Assembly (NCBI GenBank): GCA_937872175.1
Contig: CALMPI010000041.1
Coordinates: 66,868-130,867, forward strand
Length of the DNA stretch: 64,000 nt
Source: an uncultured Flavobacteriales bacterium
GTDB taxonomy: Bacteria; Bacteroidota; Bacteroidia; Flavobacteriales_F; PHOS-HE28
Reading direction: 5' to 3'
A program made the position numbers and the translations under genes. The notes beneath the pieces were generated by a model. The model was not told the DNA's origin. It saw only the letters and a program-made list of their open reading frames with translations, and searched no databases. Every line of letters begins with the position of its first letter. Within the stretch, counting starts at the first letter, position 1. Below are positions 1 through 10,512 of the stretch, in pieces.

Positions 1-2418
1 TGCCGATGGTGCTGCCGTTCACCGTCTCCCGGAAGCCCACGGCCGGCATCGCGTCGTTCACCACATTGCTGGACAACGGGAAGTTGAAGCTCTGCGGACT
101 GTTGTTGAAGTTGATACCCCCTGACCACGACAGCAGCTCAGGCTCGTAGTCGCCCAGGTAGTTGGCCACACCACCGCCATTGAACCAGGTCTCCATCACC
201 CCCTCGCTCATCATGCCGAAGCCGCTGGTGCACTCGGTGGTGTTGTAGAAGAAGCCGTTCTTGCGGTAGGTGCTGCGCAGGTCGGCCGCCATGTTGCGGT
301 TGGGACCGAAGTCGACCAAGGTCCCCGCGCCCGTGCCCTCCACGTTGCCGTTGCCGGGCAGTTCACCGCGGCCGGTCTGGGCGTTGTGGCAGTGCGAGCA
401 GTTCACCTGCACGCTCACGAACAGGTTCACGGCCGGTGGAACGGTCTGGAAGGTGGTGCCGGTGCCCCGCACGCGGTTGGGGTTGAGGCGCAGGGTGCTG
501 CTCTCGCTCTCGGGCCGCAGGGTGCGGAAGGGGTTGGGCACGTACCAGGTGGCGGCCAGGAAGTCGGCGAACTCCTGCATCTCCCCTTCGGACTTCGGGG
601 CGTCCATGCCTTGCAGGTGCTGGAAGGCCCCGGCGAACTCGCCGAAGTTCCGCTTGTCGCCGCGCCAGTGCAGGTTGCCGCGGCCACGGCCGATGATGTC
701 GATGAGGAATTGCGTGGTCTTCACGCCCTTCATGGGGTGCAGCACCTTGCCGTCCACGGTGTCCATGGGCAGGCTCGGGTCGCCGAGGTCCCAGCCCAGG
801 CGGTCCCAGCGGCCGTCCACGTGGCAGCTGCCGCAGGCGATGTGGCCGGTGCCGGAGCCTTCGTGCGTGTTGTACAGGTGCTTCCGCCCGGCCTTGATCA
901 CCATCGGGGTGGGATCGAAGAAGTTGGCCCGGGCCACCTCCTTGTTGGTGGCGAGGTCCACGGTGCTCACCGTGCCCTCGAACTTGTTGAGCACGTAGGC
1001 GCGGGTGTTGCCGGCGTTCAGCTTGATGCCCGTGGGACCCTCGCCCACCGGGATGGGCTCCGCCAGGTTGCGCGTGCCATCGCTGTTGATCACCACCACG
1101 TTGTTGGAGCCCATGCCGGTGACGTAGGCCTTGGTGCCGTCCGTGGTGAAGGCGATGCCGCGCGGGTCGCCGAGGGACTGCTTGCGCAGGGCCGGGGCCA
1201 CGCTCGGGGTGGTGTAGGTGAGGTGCGGGTTGAGGTCGGTGATGGTGTTGGCCCCGCCCACGCTGGAGAACCGGCTGATGTTCACCCGGAGGAACTTGCC
1301 GTTGAGGATGGGCTCGAAGCGCACCTCGTTGGTGGCATCGGTGCCCACCACGCTCACCTGGCCGTTGATGGGGTTCACCGCCATCGCCATCAGGATGTTG
1401 CCCAGGCGGGTCTGGTACTGCACGCTCCCGGTGCTGGGGGCGTTGGCATCGATCACGGCCACATCCCGGTCGGGCATGTCCCAGCCCGCGATGCGGGCCT
1501 TGCCGGCCGCATTCCCGCTCACCATGTTGGTCCAGTTGCCACCGTTGTCATCCAGCCATTGGCCGGCGGCGTTCTTGCGCACGATGATGCTGTGCGTGTT
1601 GATCAGGTTGGTGGGGTTGGCCGGGTTCATCGGCGGGTTGAAGCCCGTACCGGCGTTGGGGATGGGCACCACGCCCGCATAGGGCCCTGCGGGGTTGGTG
1701 GCATCGTTCGGGATCACCGTGCAGCCTCCTTGCGGAGAGCAGATGCCGAAGCGGTTGGTCCCGTGCTGGAAGTTGAAGAAGGTGTTGCCGTTGAGGACGG
1801 TGGTGGCGTTGCCGCTCTCGAAGAAGGCACAGTACACGGTGTTCCCGTTGGGGCTCACGGCCAGGGCACGGGGCTGCTCGCCCTTCAACAACACCTCGGT
1901 GGGCGCCGCGCTGAGGTCGGCGAGGTTGAACACCTGCACGCTCTCGCGGCCGGCGCAGGACACGAAGGCCTTGGTGGCGGGCACGCCCCCGGCGAAGACC
2001 ACGTCGGCGGGTTCATCCTCGGTGAGCAGGCTGCGCACCACGATGTTCTGGGTGAGGTCCACGATGCTCACCTCGTCGCTCACCTGGTTCACCACCCAGG
2101 CTTCGGTGTTGCTGCGCACCCGCACGGTCACCGGGTCGAGGCCCACCGGGATGCTGGCCTGCAGCAGCAGGTTGTTGGGCGTCACCTGGAACACCTCCAG
2201 GGCGTTGTTGGCCGTGTTCACGGCCAGCAGCTTGGTGCCGTCGGGCGTCAGGTCGAGCGGGTGCACATGGGCGCTCTCGAAGTTGACGAACTGGTTCGCC
2301 GGCACGGCCGAGCCCACATTGGGCAGCTCGTAGGCCTGGAAGGCCGAGGTGAAGAGCACGCCCCCCAGGAGGGCGCCAGCGATCAGGAACTTGTTGCGCG
2401 TAATGAGCTTGACCATGG
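1..2418 (-). CDS. Partial (C-terminus beyond the window start) secreted beta-propeller repeat protein with two CxxCH haem-binding motifs; putative cytochrome-c family / di-haem protein
   Basis: Minus-strand reading from the ATG at ~2418 gives MVKLITRNKFLIAGALLGG (signal peptide) and stays open to position 1. Translation contains CGSCHVDGRWD and NCSHCHNAQTG (CxxCH). It is absent from the ORF track only because it runs off the window edge. The overlapping plus-strand 682-aa ORF is a G/A/H/V-rich antisense artefact. Confidence 0.65.
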
Positions 2419-2506
2419 ATCCGGGATGTGTTGACGCCGCTTCTCCCCCGCACAAGGGTCGGGGAAGTTAAGCGGATCGCCCGCAAAAGGGAAATCCCGA
2501 AGGCGC

Positions 2507-3700
2507 TCAGGCGATGACGGCCAGCTCGCGGCCCACCTTGGCGAAGGCGGCCAGGGCGTTGTCGATGTGGGCGTCGGTGTGGGCCGCGCTCAGCTGCACC
2601 CGGATGCGGGCCGTGTCCTTGGGCACCACGGGGTAGAAGAACCCGATGACGTAGATGCCTTCGTCCAGCAACCGGTCGGCCATCACCTGGCTCAGCTTGG
2701 CATCGCCGAGCATCACGGGCACGATGGCCGCGCCGGCGCCACGGGTCTTGAAGCCCAGGGCCTCGATGCCGGTGCGGAAACGGTCCACGTTGCGCTCCAG
2801 CCGGTCGCGGAGCTCGGTGGTGCGGCTCAACAGGTCGATCACGGCGATGCTGGCGCCCACGATGGCCGGGGCCAGCGAGTTGCTGAAGAGGTAGGGCCGG
2901 CTGCGCTGCCGCAGCATCTCGATGATCTCCCGGCGACCGGTGGTGTAGCCGCCCATGGCGCCGCCGAGGGCCTTGCCCAGGGTACCGGTGATGATGTCCA
3001 CGCGACCCATCACGCCACAGTGCTCCACGCTGCCCCGGCCGGTCCTCCCGATGAAGCCGGCGGCATGGCACTCGTCCACCATCACCAGCGCCTCGTGCCG
3101 ATCGGCCAGGTCGCAGATGCCCTTCAGGTCGGCCACGATCCCGTCCATGCTGAACACGCCGTCGGTGACCACGATGATGTGCCGGCACCCGTCGGCGCGG
3201 GCCGCTTTGAGCTGCTGCTCCAGGTCGGCCATGTCGTTGTTGGCGTAACGGTAGCGTCTGGCCTTGCACAGCCGCACCCCGTCGATGATGCTGGCGTGGT
3301 TGAGCGCATCGCTGATGATGGCGTCCTCCTCACCCAGCAGCGGCTCGAACACCCCGCCGTTGGCGTCGAAGCAGGCGGCGTAGAGGATGGTGTCCTCCGT
3401 GCCGTGGAACTCCGCCAGCTTCCGCTCCAGCTCCTTGTGGATGTCCTGGGTGCCGCAGATGAAGCGCACACTGCTCATGCCGTAGCCGTGCGTGTCGAGG
3501 GTGGCATGGGCGGCCTTCACCACCTCGGGGTGCGAACTGAGGCCCAGGTAGTTGTTCGCGCAGAAGTTGAGGACCTGCCGGCCGTTGACCGTGATCTCGG
3601 CGCCCTGTTCACTGGTGATGACGCGCTCGCGCTTGAACAGGCCGGCCTCGTCGATGGCCTTCAGTTCGCGCTGCAGGTGGTGCTGGAGGGGGCCGTACAT
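2507..3700 (-). CDS. kbl: 2-amino-3-ketobutyrate CoA ligase (glycine C-acetyltransferase), 8-amino-7-oxononanoate synthase family, PLP-dependent
   Basis: ORF 2507..3763 has [13 protein letters not shown], and the conserved fold of the Kbl/BioF family. The start is trimmed to the internal MYGPLQHH, which matches Kbl N-termini. Confidence 0.85.
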   Translation of the reverse strand: MYGPLQHHLQRELKAIDEAGLFKRERVITSEQGAEITVNGRQVLNFCANNYLGLSSHPEVVKAAHATLDTHGYGMSSVRFICGTQDIHKELERKLAEFHGTEDTILYAACFDANGGVFEPLLGEEDAIISDALNHASIIDGVRLCKARRYRYANNDMADLEQQLKAARADGCRHIIVVTDGVFSMDGIVADLKGICDLADRHEALVMVDECHAAGFIGRTGRGSVEHCGVMGRVDIITGTLGKALGGAMGGYTTGRREIIEMLRQRSRPYLFSNSLAPAIVGASIAVIDLLSRTTELRDRLERNVDRFRTGIEALGFKTRGAGAAIVPVMLGDAKLSQVMADRLLDEGIYVIGFFYPVVPKDTARIRVQLSAAHTDAHIDNALAAFAKVGRELAVIA

Positions 3701-3811
3701 GGGTGCCGGGTGTGGTGGGCGGCGAAGGTACTGGCAGGGCTGCTTGCCGGGTAAGCGCGCCACGGCCCATGCAATCTCTTGGTTATGAAAGCATTAATTC
3801 TTCCTTGGGGG

Positions 3812-3830
3812 TTATCAACATATGTTGACA
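3812..3830. promoter_or_regulatory. Perfect 14-bp palindrome TCAACATATGTTGA (core 3815..3828), a putative operator overlapping a TTGACA-N16-TATCTT promoter in the kbl / 3874-gene divergent region
   Basis: Read directly from the sequence: ttatcaacatatgttgacaa, then acttttctcgttcgtc, then tatcttcg, ~18 nt before the ATG at 3874. Confidence 0.4.
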
Positions 3831-3873
3831 ACTTTTCTCGTTCGTCTATCTTCGCACCTTCTTCATCGAACCC

Positions 3874-4782
3874 ATGCGTGCCTTCATCACCAAAAATCCG
3901 GTGCTCACCTTCGTGGTGTTCACGTGGATCCTTCAATGGGGCCTCATCGGCATCGTGATGCAGATCACCCCCGAGGGCCTGCACGTGACGGAGGACGCCA
4001 CGGCCCATATGGTCTTCCGGCTGCGGTTGCTGGGGCCGCTTCTGGTCTGCCTGGCGGTGACCTACTACCTGGAGGGGGGCAAGGGCGTGGGGAAGCTGTT
4101 CGCGGCCTACTCGCGGTGGAAGGTGCCCGCACCCTGGTACGCGCTCGCCTTCAGCTGGAAGTTCATCAATGCCTACCTGGCCATCGGGTTCGTGTTCCTG
4201 ATCAACGGGACCTTCCCGGGCCTGTACGTGGACCGCTTCTGGGAGGGCTGGGCGATCAACCTGCCGGCCATCATCTACATCGCGCTGATGGAGGAGACCT
4301 CCTGGATGAAGTTCGGGGTCACCCGCTTGCAGATGCGCTACAACGCCCTCACCTCGGCCCTGATCATCGGCTTCTGCTGGGGCATGTGGTACATGCCCAT
4401 GCTGATCATCAACGAAGGCGTTCCGCCGGGCTACCCGGTGCCGGTGTTCATGGGTTGCATGCTGGGCCTGGGCATCATGCTCACCTGGGCCTACAACATG
4501 ACCCGCAGCGGGTTGGTGCTGCTGGTGATGCAGATCATCAGCAACACGGCCTTCTTCGTCACCCCGGTGCTCTTCGCGGTCACCAACGACCAGAGCTACA
4601 TCGTGGCCTACAGCTGGGTGTTCATGGCGTTCTGCGCCGCGCTGCCCATCCTGTTCGGGGCGAAGGACCTGGCGCGTCGACCCCGGGCACGGTGGGATAC
4701 GGACACCGTGTTCCCCGCTCCGGATGAGCAGGAGGAGGTGGTGCGCCGCCCGGTGGCGATGAGCGCATCGCACCGGCGGTGA
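3874..4782 (+). CDS. Polytopic membrane protein, uncharacterised (possibly a CPBP/CAAX-protease-like family)
   Basis: 302-aa ORF with strong GC3 bias, 7-8 hydrophobic segments, and a promoter motif upstream. Confidence 0.6.
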   Translation: MRAFITKNPVLTFVVFTWILQWGLIGIVMQITPEGLHVTEDATAHMVFRLRLLGPLLVCLAVTYYLEGGKGVGKLFAAYSRWKVPAPWYALAFSWKFINAYLAIGFVFLINGTFPGLYVDRFWEGWAINLPAIIYIALMEETSWMKFGVTRLQMRYNALTSALIIGFCWGMWYMPMLIINEGVPPGYPVPVFMGCMLGLGIMLTWAYNMTRSGLVLLVMQIISNTAFFVTPVLFAVTNDQSYIVAYSWVFMAFCAALPILFGAKDLARRPRARWDTDTVFPAPDEQEEVVRRPVAMSASHRR

Positions 4783-4786
4783 ACGC

Positions 4787-5083
4787 TCACCCCTTATCCA
4801 CCACGCGGGGCACCTTGAAGTAGTCGCTGTCCTTCACCGGGGCGTTGCGCAGCGCGTCCTTCTTGCTGACGCCAGGAAGGACCACGTCCTCCCGCAGCAC
4901 GTTCTCCTCCTCGGTCATGAACACGAGGGGCTCCACACCGCGGGTGTCCACCTGGTTGAGCTGTTCCACGAAGGACAGCACGCGCTCCATGTCCTTCAGG
5001 ATCGCCGCACGCCGGGCGGGGTCGCTGAAGTCGAGCCGTGCCAGTTCGGCGATGCGGTCCAGGGTGGCGTCATCCAGCTTCAT
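4787..5083 (-). CDS. gatC: Asp/Glu-tRNA amidotransferase subunit C
   Basis: 98 aa: MKLDDATLDRIAELARLDF...VEPLVFMTEEENVLREDVV is a typical GatC. Confidence 0.88.
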   Translation of the reverse strand: MKLDDATLDRIAELARLDFSDPARRAAILKDMERVLSFVEQLNQVDTRGVEPLVFMTEEENVLREDVVLPGVSKKDALRNAPVKDSDYFKVPRVVDKG

Positions 5084-5882
5084 GCTCCAACAGGGGTGCT
5101 TCGATGAGGTCGAACACGCGGTGCCGCAAAGCTATCACATCGCTCTCCTGCAGGCCGGTGGTGTGCACGGCGGGGTGCACCACGGCCCGGCTGATGCCGG
5201 GATGACCGCGGCTCAGCAGGTCCTCCGGATCACCGAAGAGGCGCCAATGGTTGAGGAAGGTGACCGGCACCACCGGCACCTGCTTCTCGATGGCCAGCCG
5301 GAAGGCGCCGTCCTTGAACGGCTTCATGCGCGGCACCGTGTGCGGGATCGTGCCCTCCGGGAAGAGCACCACGCAGGCGCCGCTGTCCAACGCCTTGGCG
5401 GCACGGCGGAAGGCCTTCGCCGCCTCGATATGGCTGCCGCGGTTCACGGCGATGTCCATGTCCTTGAAGAAGATGCGGAACAAGGGCCAGCGCTGCAGTT
5501 CGTACTTGCCCATCATCAGGAAGTAGTGCGGCACCAGGTTGAACATCTGCACGATGTCGATGTAGCTGCTGTGGTTGCTCACCACCACGTAGGGCGGATC
5601 GGGGAGGCGCCCACGCCAGGTGACCTTCTGCGGGAACAGCCCGGCCCAATGGAGGAAGGCCCCCCAGACGCGCTTCAACCGGAAGGCGACGCGGTAGCGG
5701 CTCGGGCGATGCACCGTCAGCTTGAACGGGATGTAGAGCACCAGAAGGCTGAGCCAGAACACGATCCCGAACCAGAGCTTGTAGGCCAGACGCAGCGGGG
5801 CGAAGAGCCATTTGAGCACGGGGCTCCTGCGCTCCTCGCCCGTGCGGATGGCCGGACGGTCGTGGTGAGGATGCGCAGGCAT
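5070..5882 (-). CDS. 1-acyl-sn-glycerol-3-phosphate acyltransferase family protein
   Basis: NHSSYIDI (HX4D motif) and FPEGT motif, with an N-terminal TM segment. Confidence 0.8.
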   Translation of the reverse strand: MPAHPHHDRPAIRTGEERRSPVLKWLFAPLRLAYKLWFGIVFWLSLLVLYIPFKLTVHRPSRYRVAFRLKRVWGAFLHWAGLFPQKVTWRGRLPDPPYVVVSNHSSYIDIVQMFNLVPHYFLMMGKYELQRWPLFRIFFKDMDIAVNRGSHIEAAKAFRRAAKALDSGACVVLFPEGTIPHTVPRMKPFKDGAFRLAIEKQVPVVPVTFLNHWRLFGDPEDLLSRGHPGISRAVVHPAVHTTGLQESDVIALRHRVFDLIEAPLLEHEAG

Positions 5883-5932
5883 GGCCGGTGGGAAGCCCGC
5901 AAAGCTAACCGGCTATCTTCGCGACCCTTCCC

Positions 5933-6910
5933 ATGACCCGCGTCCTCACCGGCATTCAGAGCACCGGCACCCCGCACCTCGGCAACGTCCTTGGCGCCAT
6001 CCGGCCGGCGGTCTCCCTGGCGAACAGCGGCGCCGGGGGATCGTTCCTGTTCATCGCCGACCTGCACGCCCTCACCCAGGTGAAGGACCCGGAGGCCATG
6101 CGCGAGAACACCGACCGGGTGGCGGCCGCGTGGCTGGCCTGCGGGCTCGATCCCTCACGTTCGGTGTTCTACCGGCAGAGCGATGTGCCCGAGGTCACCG
6201 AACTGGCCTGGTACCTGAGCTGCTTCTTCCCTTACTCGCGCCTGGCGTTGGCGCACAGCTTCAAGGACAAGGCCGATCGCCTGGAGGACGTGAACGGCGG
6301 GCTCTTCACCTACCCGATGCTGATGGCGGCGGACATCCTGCTGTACGACGCGGAAGTGGTGCCGGTCGGCAAGGACCAGAAACAGCACCTGGAATTCACG
6401 CGGGACGTGGCCGAGCGTTTCAACCATCAGATGGGCGACACCTTCGTGCTGCCCGAGGCCCGCACCGACGAGGCCGTGATGATCGTGCCGGGCACGGACG
6501 GGGAGAAGATGAGCAAGAGCCGGGGCAACCTCATCCGCCTCTTCGCCCCCGAAAAGGAGCTCAAGCAGGAGGTGATGGGCATCGTGACCGACAGCGCACC
6601 GCTGGATGCCCCGAAGGATCCCGAGGCCAACACCGTGTACCGGCTGTTCAAGTTGGTGGCCCCTTCGAACGCGGTGGCCGACATGGCCGCGAAGTTCCGC
6701 GCGGGCGGGTATGGCTATGGCCACGCCAAGAAGGAGCTGCTCGCCGCGCTGCTCGACGGGTTCCGCGCCGAGCGGGTCACCTTCGACCAGCTGATGAACG
6801 ACCGCGGTGAGATGGAGCGGCAGTTGCGCATCGGCGCCGAAAAGGCGCGTACCGTCGCCGCGGCCACCCTGTCGCGGGTCCGCGAGCGACTCGGACTTCG
6901 CGCACGATGA
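5933..6910 (+). CDS. trpS: Tryptophan--tRNA ligase
   Basis: GIQSTGTPHLGN (HIGH-type) and KMSKS motifs, 325 aa. Confidence 0.95.
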   Translation: MTRVLTGIQSTGTPHLGNVLGAIRPAVSLANSGAGGSFLFIADLHALTQVKDPEAMRENTDRVAAAWLACGLDPSRSVFYRQSDVPEVTELAWYLSCFFPYSRLALAHSFKDKADRLEDVNGGLFTYPMLMAADILLYDAEVVPVGKDQKQHLEFTRDVAERFNHQMGDTFVLPEARTDEAVMIVPGTDGEKMSKSRGNLIRLFAPEKELKQEVMGIVTDSAPLDAPKDPEANTVYRLFKLVAPSNAVADMAAKFRAGGYGYGHAKKELLAALLDGFRAERVTFDQLMNDRGEMERQLRIGAEKARTVAAATLSRVRERLGLRAR

Positions 6911-7015
6911 CCGTGGGCAACCTTGTTCGTAACCTTTGGGCAACCTGACCGGAGGGGCCATCACACGCCGTTGGCCGTGGCGTAAACTTGCGCCCATCCT
7001 CCACCACCGGGCACG

Positions 7016-8548
7016 TTGAGCGGAACGAAGCGTATCGGAAGCGCACTGATATCGGTCTATCACAAGGACGGGCTGGGCCCCATCGTCCACGAACTGCATC
7101 GGCTCGGTGTCACGCTTTACAGCACCGGTGGCACGCAGGAGTTCATCGCCTCACTGGGGGTCCCCGTGGTGCCCGTGGAGGACCTCACGAGCTACCCGAG
7201 CATCCTGGGCGGTCGCGTGAAGACCCTGCACCCGAAGGTGTTCGGCGGCATCCTGGGGCGGCGCGACCTCGCGAGCGATGTGGCGCAGCTGGAGGAGTAT
7301 GCGATCCCGCCGATCGATCTGGTGATCGTGGACCTCTACCCCTTCGAGGCCACGGTGGCCGCCGGCGGCAGCGAACAGGCCATCATCGAGAAGATCGACA
7401 TCGGCGGCATCAGCCTGATCCGCGCAGGGGCCAAGAACCACGCTGACGTGGTGATCATCGCTTCGCAGGCCCAGTACGGCGACCTGTTGGCCATCCTGCG
7501 CGAACAGGACGGGAGCACGGAGCTGGCGGAGCGAAAGCGGCTGGCGGGGCTGGCCTTTGGCGTGAGCAGCCGCTACGACAGCGCGATCCATGGATGGTTC
7601 ACCGGCGGGTCGGAGGTCCTGCCCCCCCTCACCGGTCAGCCCACCCACACGCTCCGGTACGGCGAGAACCCCCACCAGCCGGCGAGCTTCCATGGCGATC
7701 TGGACGGCCTGTTCGAGCAGGTGCATGGCAAGGCGCTCAGCTACAACAACCTGCTGGACCTGGACGCGGCGCTGGAGCTCATCGACGATCTGGCCACGCT
7801 GCCGGGCGTCCCCTTCGCCATCCTGAAGCACAACAACGCCTGCGGTGCCGCGGTGCGCCCCACGGTGAAGGAGGCCTGGGACGCGGCCCTGGCCGGTGAT
7901 CCGGTGAGCGCCTTCGGCGGCGTGCTCATCACCACCGCACCGATCGACAAGGTCACCGCGGAGGCCATCGACACCATCTTCTTCGAGATCATCTGCGCAC
8001 CGGACTATGCCCCTGAGGCCTTGGAGGTGCTGCGCCGCAGAAAGAACCGCATCATCCTGGTACGGCGGGCCTCGGGGCACCTCGCGCGCAAATGGCGCAG
8101 CGCATTGAACGGCCTGCTCGTTCAGGCTCCGGACGAGGTGGTCGACGGCGGGGCGGACATGCGCACGGCCACACGCCGCACGCCGGCGGAGGCGGAGTTG
8201 CAGGACCTGGTCTTCGCCAACATCCTGGTGAAGCACACGAAGAGCAACGCCATCGTGCTCGCCAAGGACCGGCAGCTGCTCGCGAGCGGAACGGGCCAGA
8301 CCAGCCGCGTGGACGCGTTGGAACAGGCCATCGCGAAAGCGGGGAAGTTCAACTTCGACCTGAAGGGGGCGGTGATGGCCAGCGATGCCTTCTTCCCCTT
8401 CCCGGACTGTGTGACCATCGCCGGTGCGGCCGGGATCACGGCGGTGGTGCAGCCGGGCGGCAGCATCAAGGACCAGGAGAGCGTGGACGCCTGCGACGAA
8501 CGCGGGATGGCCATGTGCATCACCGGCAACCGACACTTCAAACACTGA
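7016..8548 (+). CDS. purH: Bifunctional AICAR transformylase / IMP cyclohydrolase
   Basis: 510 aa; MGS-like N-terminal domain (ISVYHKDGL, STGGT) and AICARFT C-terminal domain. Confidence 0.95.
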   Translation: MSGTKRIGSALISVYHKDGLGPIVHELHRLGVTLYSTGGTQEFIASLGVPVVPVEDLTSYPSILGGRVKTLHPKVFGGILGRRDLASDVAQLEEYAIPPIDLVIVDLYPFEATVAAGGSEQAIIEKIDIGGISLIRAGAKNHADVVIIASQAQYGDLLAILREQDGSTELAERKRLAGLAFGVSSRYDSAIHGWFTGGSEVLPPLTGQPTHTLRYGENPHQPASFHGDLDGLFEQVHGKALSYNNLLDLDAALELIDDLATLPGVPFAILKHNNACGAAVRPTVKEAWDAALAGDPVSAFGGVLITTAPIDKVTAEAIDTIFFEIICAPDYAPEALEVLRRRKNRIILVRRASGHLARKWRSALNGLLVQAPDEVVDGGADMRTATRRTPAEAELQDLVFANILVKHTKSNAIVLAKDRQLLASGTGQTSRVDALEQAIAKAGKFNFDLKGAVMASDAFFPFPDCVTIAGAAGITAVVQPGGSIKDQESVDACDERGMAMCITGNRHFKH

Positions 8549-8557
8549 CGCGTCCGC

Positions 8558-9583
8558 ATGGGCCTGCTCAACTTCTTCACCCAGGAGATCGCGATCGACC
8601 TCGGGACGGCGAACACCCTGATCATCCACAACGACAAGGTGGTGGTGGATGAGCCGAGCATCGTGGCGGTGGACCGCACCACGGGTCGGGTGATCGCCAT
8701 CGGCCGCCAGGCGCAGCAGATGCACGGCAAGACGCACGAGAACATCAAGACGGTAAGGCCGTTGCGCGACGGGGTGATCGCCGATTTCCAGGCGGCCGAG
8801 GAGATGATCAAGGGCATGATCAAGATGATCAAGCCGGGCCGGCAGCTGTTCACCCCGAACCTCCGCATGGTGATCTGCATCCCCAGCGGCATCACCGAGG
8901 TGGAGAAGCGGGCCGTGCGCGACAGCGCGGAGCACGCCGGCGCCAAGGAGGTGTACCTGATCCACGAACCCATGGCCGCCGCCATCGGCATCGGCATCGA
9001 CGTGGAGGAGCCGATGGGCAACATGATCATCGACATCGGGGGCGGCACGTCGGAGATCGCGGTGATCGCCCTGGGCGGCATCGTGTGCGACAAGAACATC
9101 CGCGTGGCCGGTGACGAGTTCACTCAGGACATCGAGGAGTACATGCGCCGCCAGCACAACATCCTGGTGGGCGAGCGCACCGCCGAGCAGATCAAGATAG
9201 AAGTGGGCGCTGCGATGACCGAACTGGAGAACCCTCCACCGGATTATGCCGTGCGTGGGCGCGACCTGATGACGGGCATCCCCAAGGAGATCACCGTCAC
9301 CTACAGCGAGATCGCGCAGGCGCTGGACAAGAGCATCAGCAAGATCGAGGAGGCGATCCTGAGCGCCTTGGAGGCCACCCCGCCCGAACTGAGCGCGGAC
9401 ATCTACAAGACGGGCATCTACATGGCCGGCGGAGGGGCTCTGCTGCGCGGGCTGGACAAGCGCATCAGCATCAAGACCAAGCTTCCGGTGCACGTGAGCG
9501 AGGACCCGTTGCGGGCCGTGGCGCGCGGCACCGGCATCGCCCTGAAGAACATCGACCGGTTCCAGTTCCTGATGAGGGAGTAA
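8558..9583 (+). CDS. mreB: Rod shape-determining protein MreB
   Basis: IAIDLGTANTLI and full actin-fold conservation, 341 aa. Confidence 0.95.
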   Translation: MGLLNFFTQEIAIDLGTANTLIIHNDKVVVDEPSIVAVDRTTGRVIAIGRQAQQMHGKTHENIKTVRPLRDGVIADFQAAEEMIKGMIKMIKPGRQLFTPNLRMVICIPSGITEVEKRAVRDSAEHAGAKEVYLIHEPMAAAIGIGIDVEEPMGNMIIDIGGGTSEIAVIALGGIVCDKNIRVAGDEFTQDIEEYMRRQHNILVGERTAEQIKIEVGAAMTELENPPPDYAVRGRDLMTGIPKEITVTYSEIAQALDKSISKIEEAILSALEATPPELSADIYKTGIYMAGGGALLRGLDKRISIKTKLPVHVSEDPLRAVARGTGIALKNIDRFQFLMRE

Positions 9584-9681
9584 TGAGCTGCGAGTGACGA
9601 GTGGCGGGTGCTGCCACGGGGCCTGCGGCCGGCCATCAGGGCAGCACCTGCCACTCGCCGCTCGTCACTCGCCACTCGACC

Positions 9682-10512
9682 ATGCGCGACCTCTTCCGCT
9701 TCCTCTTCCGCATCCGCAGCACGCTGCTCTTCCTGCTGCTGATGGCGCTGGCCTACGGATGGGCGCTGAACGGCAATGAGCACCACCGGTCGCGCGCCAT
9801 CGGCTCGGCCAACACCGCGATCGGCACGCTGTACACCTGGCGATCGGACGTGACCACCTACGCCGGGCTGCGCGAGGAGAACGAGCGGCTGGCCCGCGCC
9901 AACGCCGACCTGATGACGCGCGGACGCGGCAACTACGCCCCGGTCTCCGCGCGGTTCATCGCCTTCCACGACACGGTGCACGAACAGCGCTACACGCACC
10001 TGGCCGCACGGGTGGTGAACAGCACCACCCACAAGCAACGCAACAGCCTCACGCTGGACAAGGGCGGCCTGGCCGGCGTGGCGCCCGACATGGGCGTCAT
10101 CGGCGACCAGGGCATCGTGGGCGTGGTGCGGCAGGTGGGCCCCCGCTTCTGCGTGGCCGCAAGCGTGCTCGACCCGGACCTGAACACGAGCGTGCAGCTG
10201 AAACGCACCGGGCACTTCGGCCTGCTGAGCTGGGACACCGGCGACCCGCGCACGGCCTCCGCGGTGGACATCGCCAAGCACGCCCCGGTGGCCGTGGGCG
10301 ATACGCTGGTGACGCGCGGAGGCGACGGCATCTTCCCGGCGGGCGTCGATGTGGGCGTGGTCACCGAGGTGGTCAACGACCCCAGCAGCAACTATCACAC
10401 GATCCGCCTGCGGCTCACCGAGGACCTCACGCGCGGCGGCCATGTATACATCGTGAAGGACCTGCACCGGGTGGAACGGGACACGCTGGAGGCACGCACC
10501 CAGGCCCCATGA
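9682..10512 (+). CDS. mreC: Rod shape-determining protein MreC
   Basis: Follows mreB; start trimmed to MRDLFRFLF with a TM segment; coiled-coil and beta domain typical of MreC. Confidence 0.85.
   Translation: MRDLFRFLFRIRSTLLFLLLMALAYGWALNGNEHHRSRAIGSANTAIGTLYTWRSDVTTYAGLREENERLARANADLMTRGRGNYAPVSARFIAFHDTVHEQRYTHLAARVVNSTTHKQRNSLTLDKGGLAGVAPDMGVIGDQGIVGVVRQVGPRFCVAASVLDPDLNTSVQLKRTGHFGLLSWDTGDPRTASAVDIAKHAPVAVGDTLVTRGGDGIFPAGVDVGVVTEVVNDPSSNYHTIRLRLTEDLTRGGHVYIVKDLHRVERDTLEARTQAP

Noticed and set aside
386-2434. 682-aa plus-strand ORF (G/A/H/V-rich) and nested 242-aa and 86-aa ORFs
   Set aside because: Low-complexity R/H/G/A composition typical of antisense frames in ~68% GC DNA. The real gene is the minus-strand di-haem beta-propeller protein.
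3661-4773. 370-aa minus-strand ORF antisense to the 3874 membrane protein gene
   Set aside because: R/H/P-rich low-complexity translation; the opposite strand has a coherent polytopic membrane protein.
7151-9493. 780-aa minus-strand ORF spanning the antisense of purH and mreB
   Set aside because: Antisense of two unambiguous conserved genes; composition artefact.
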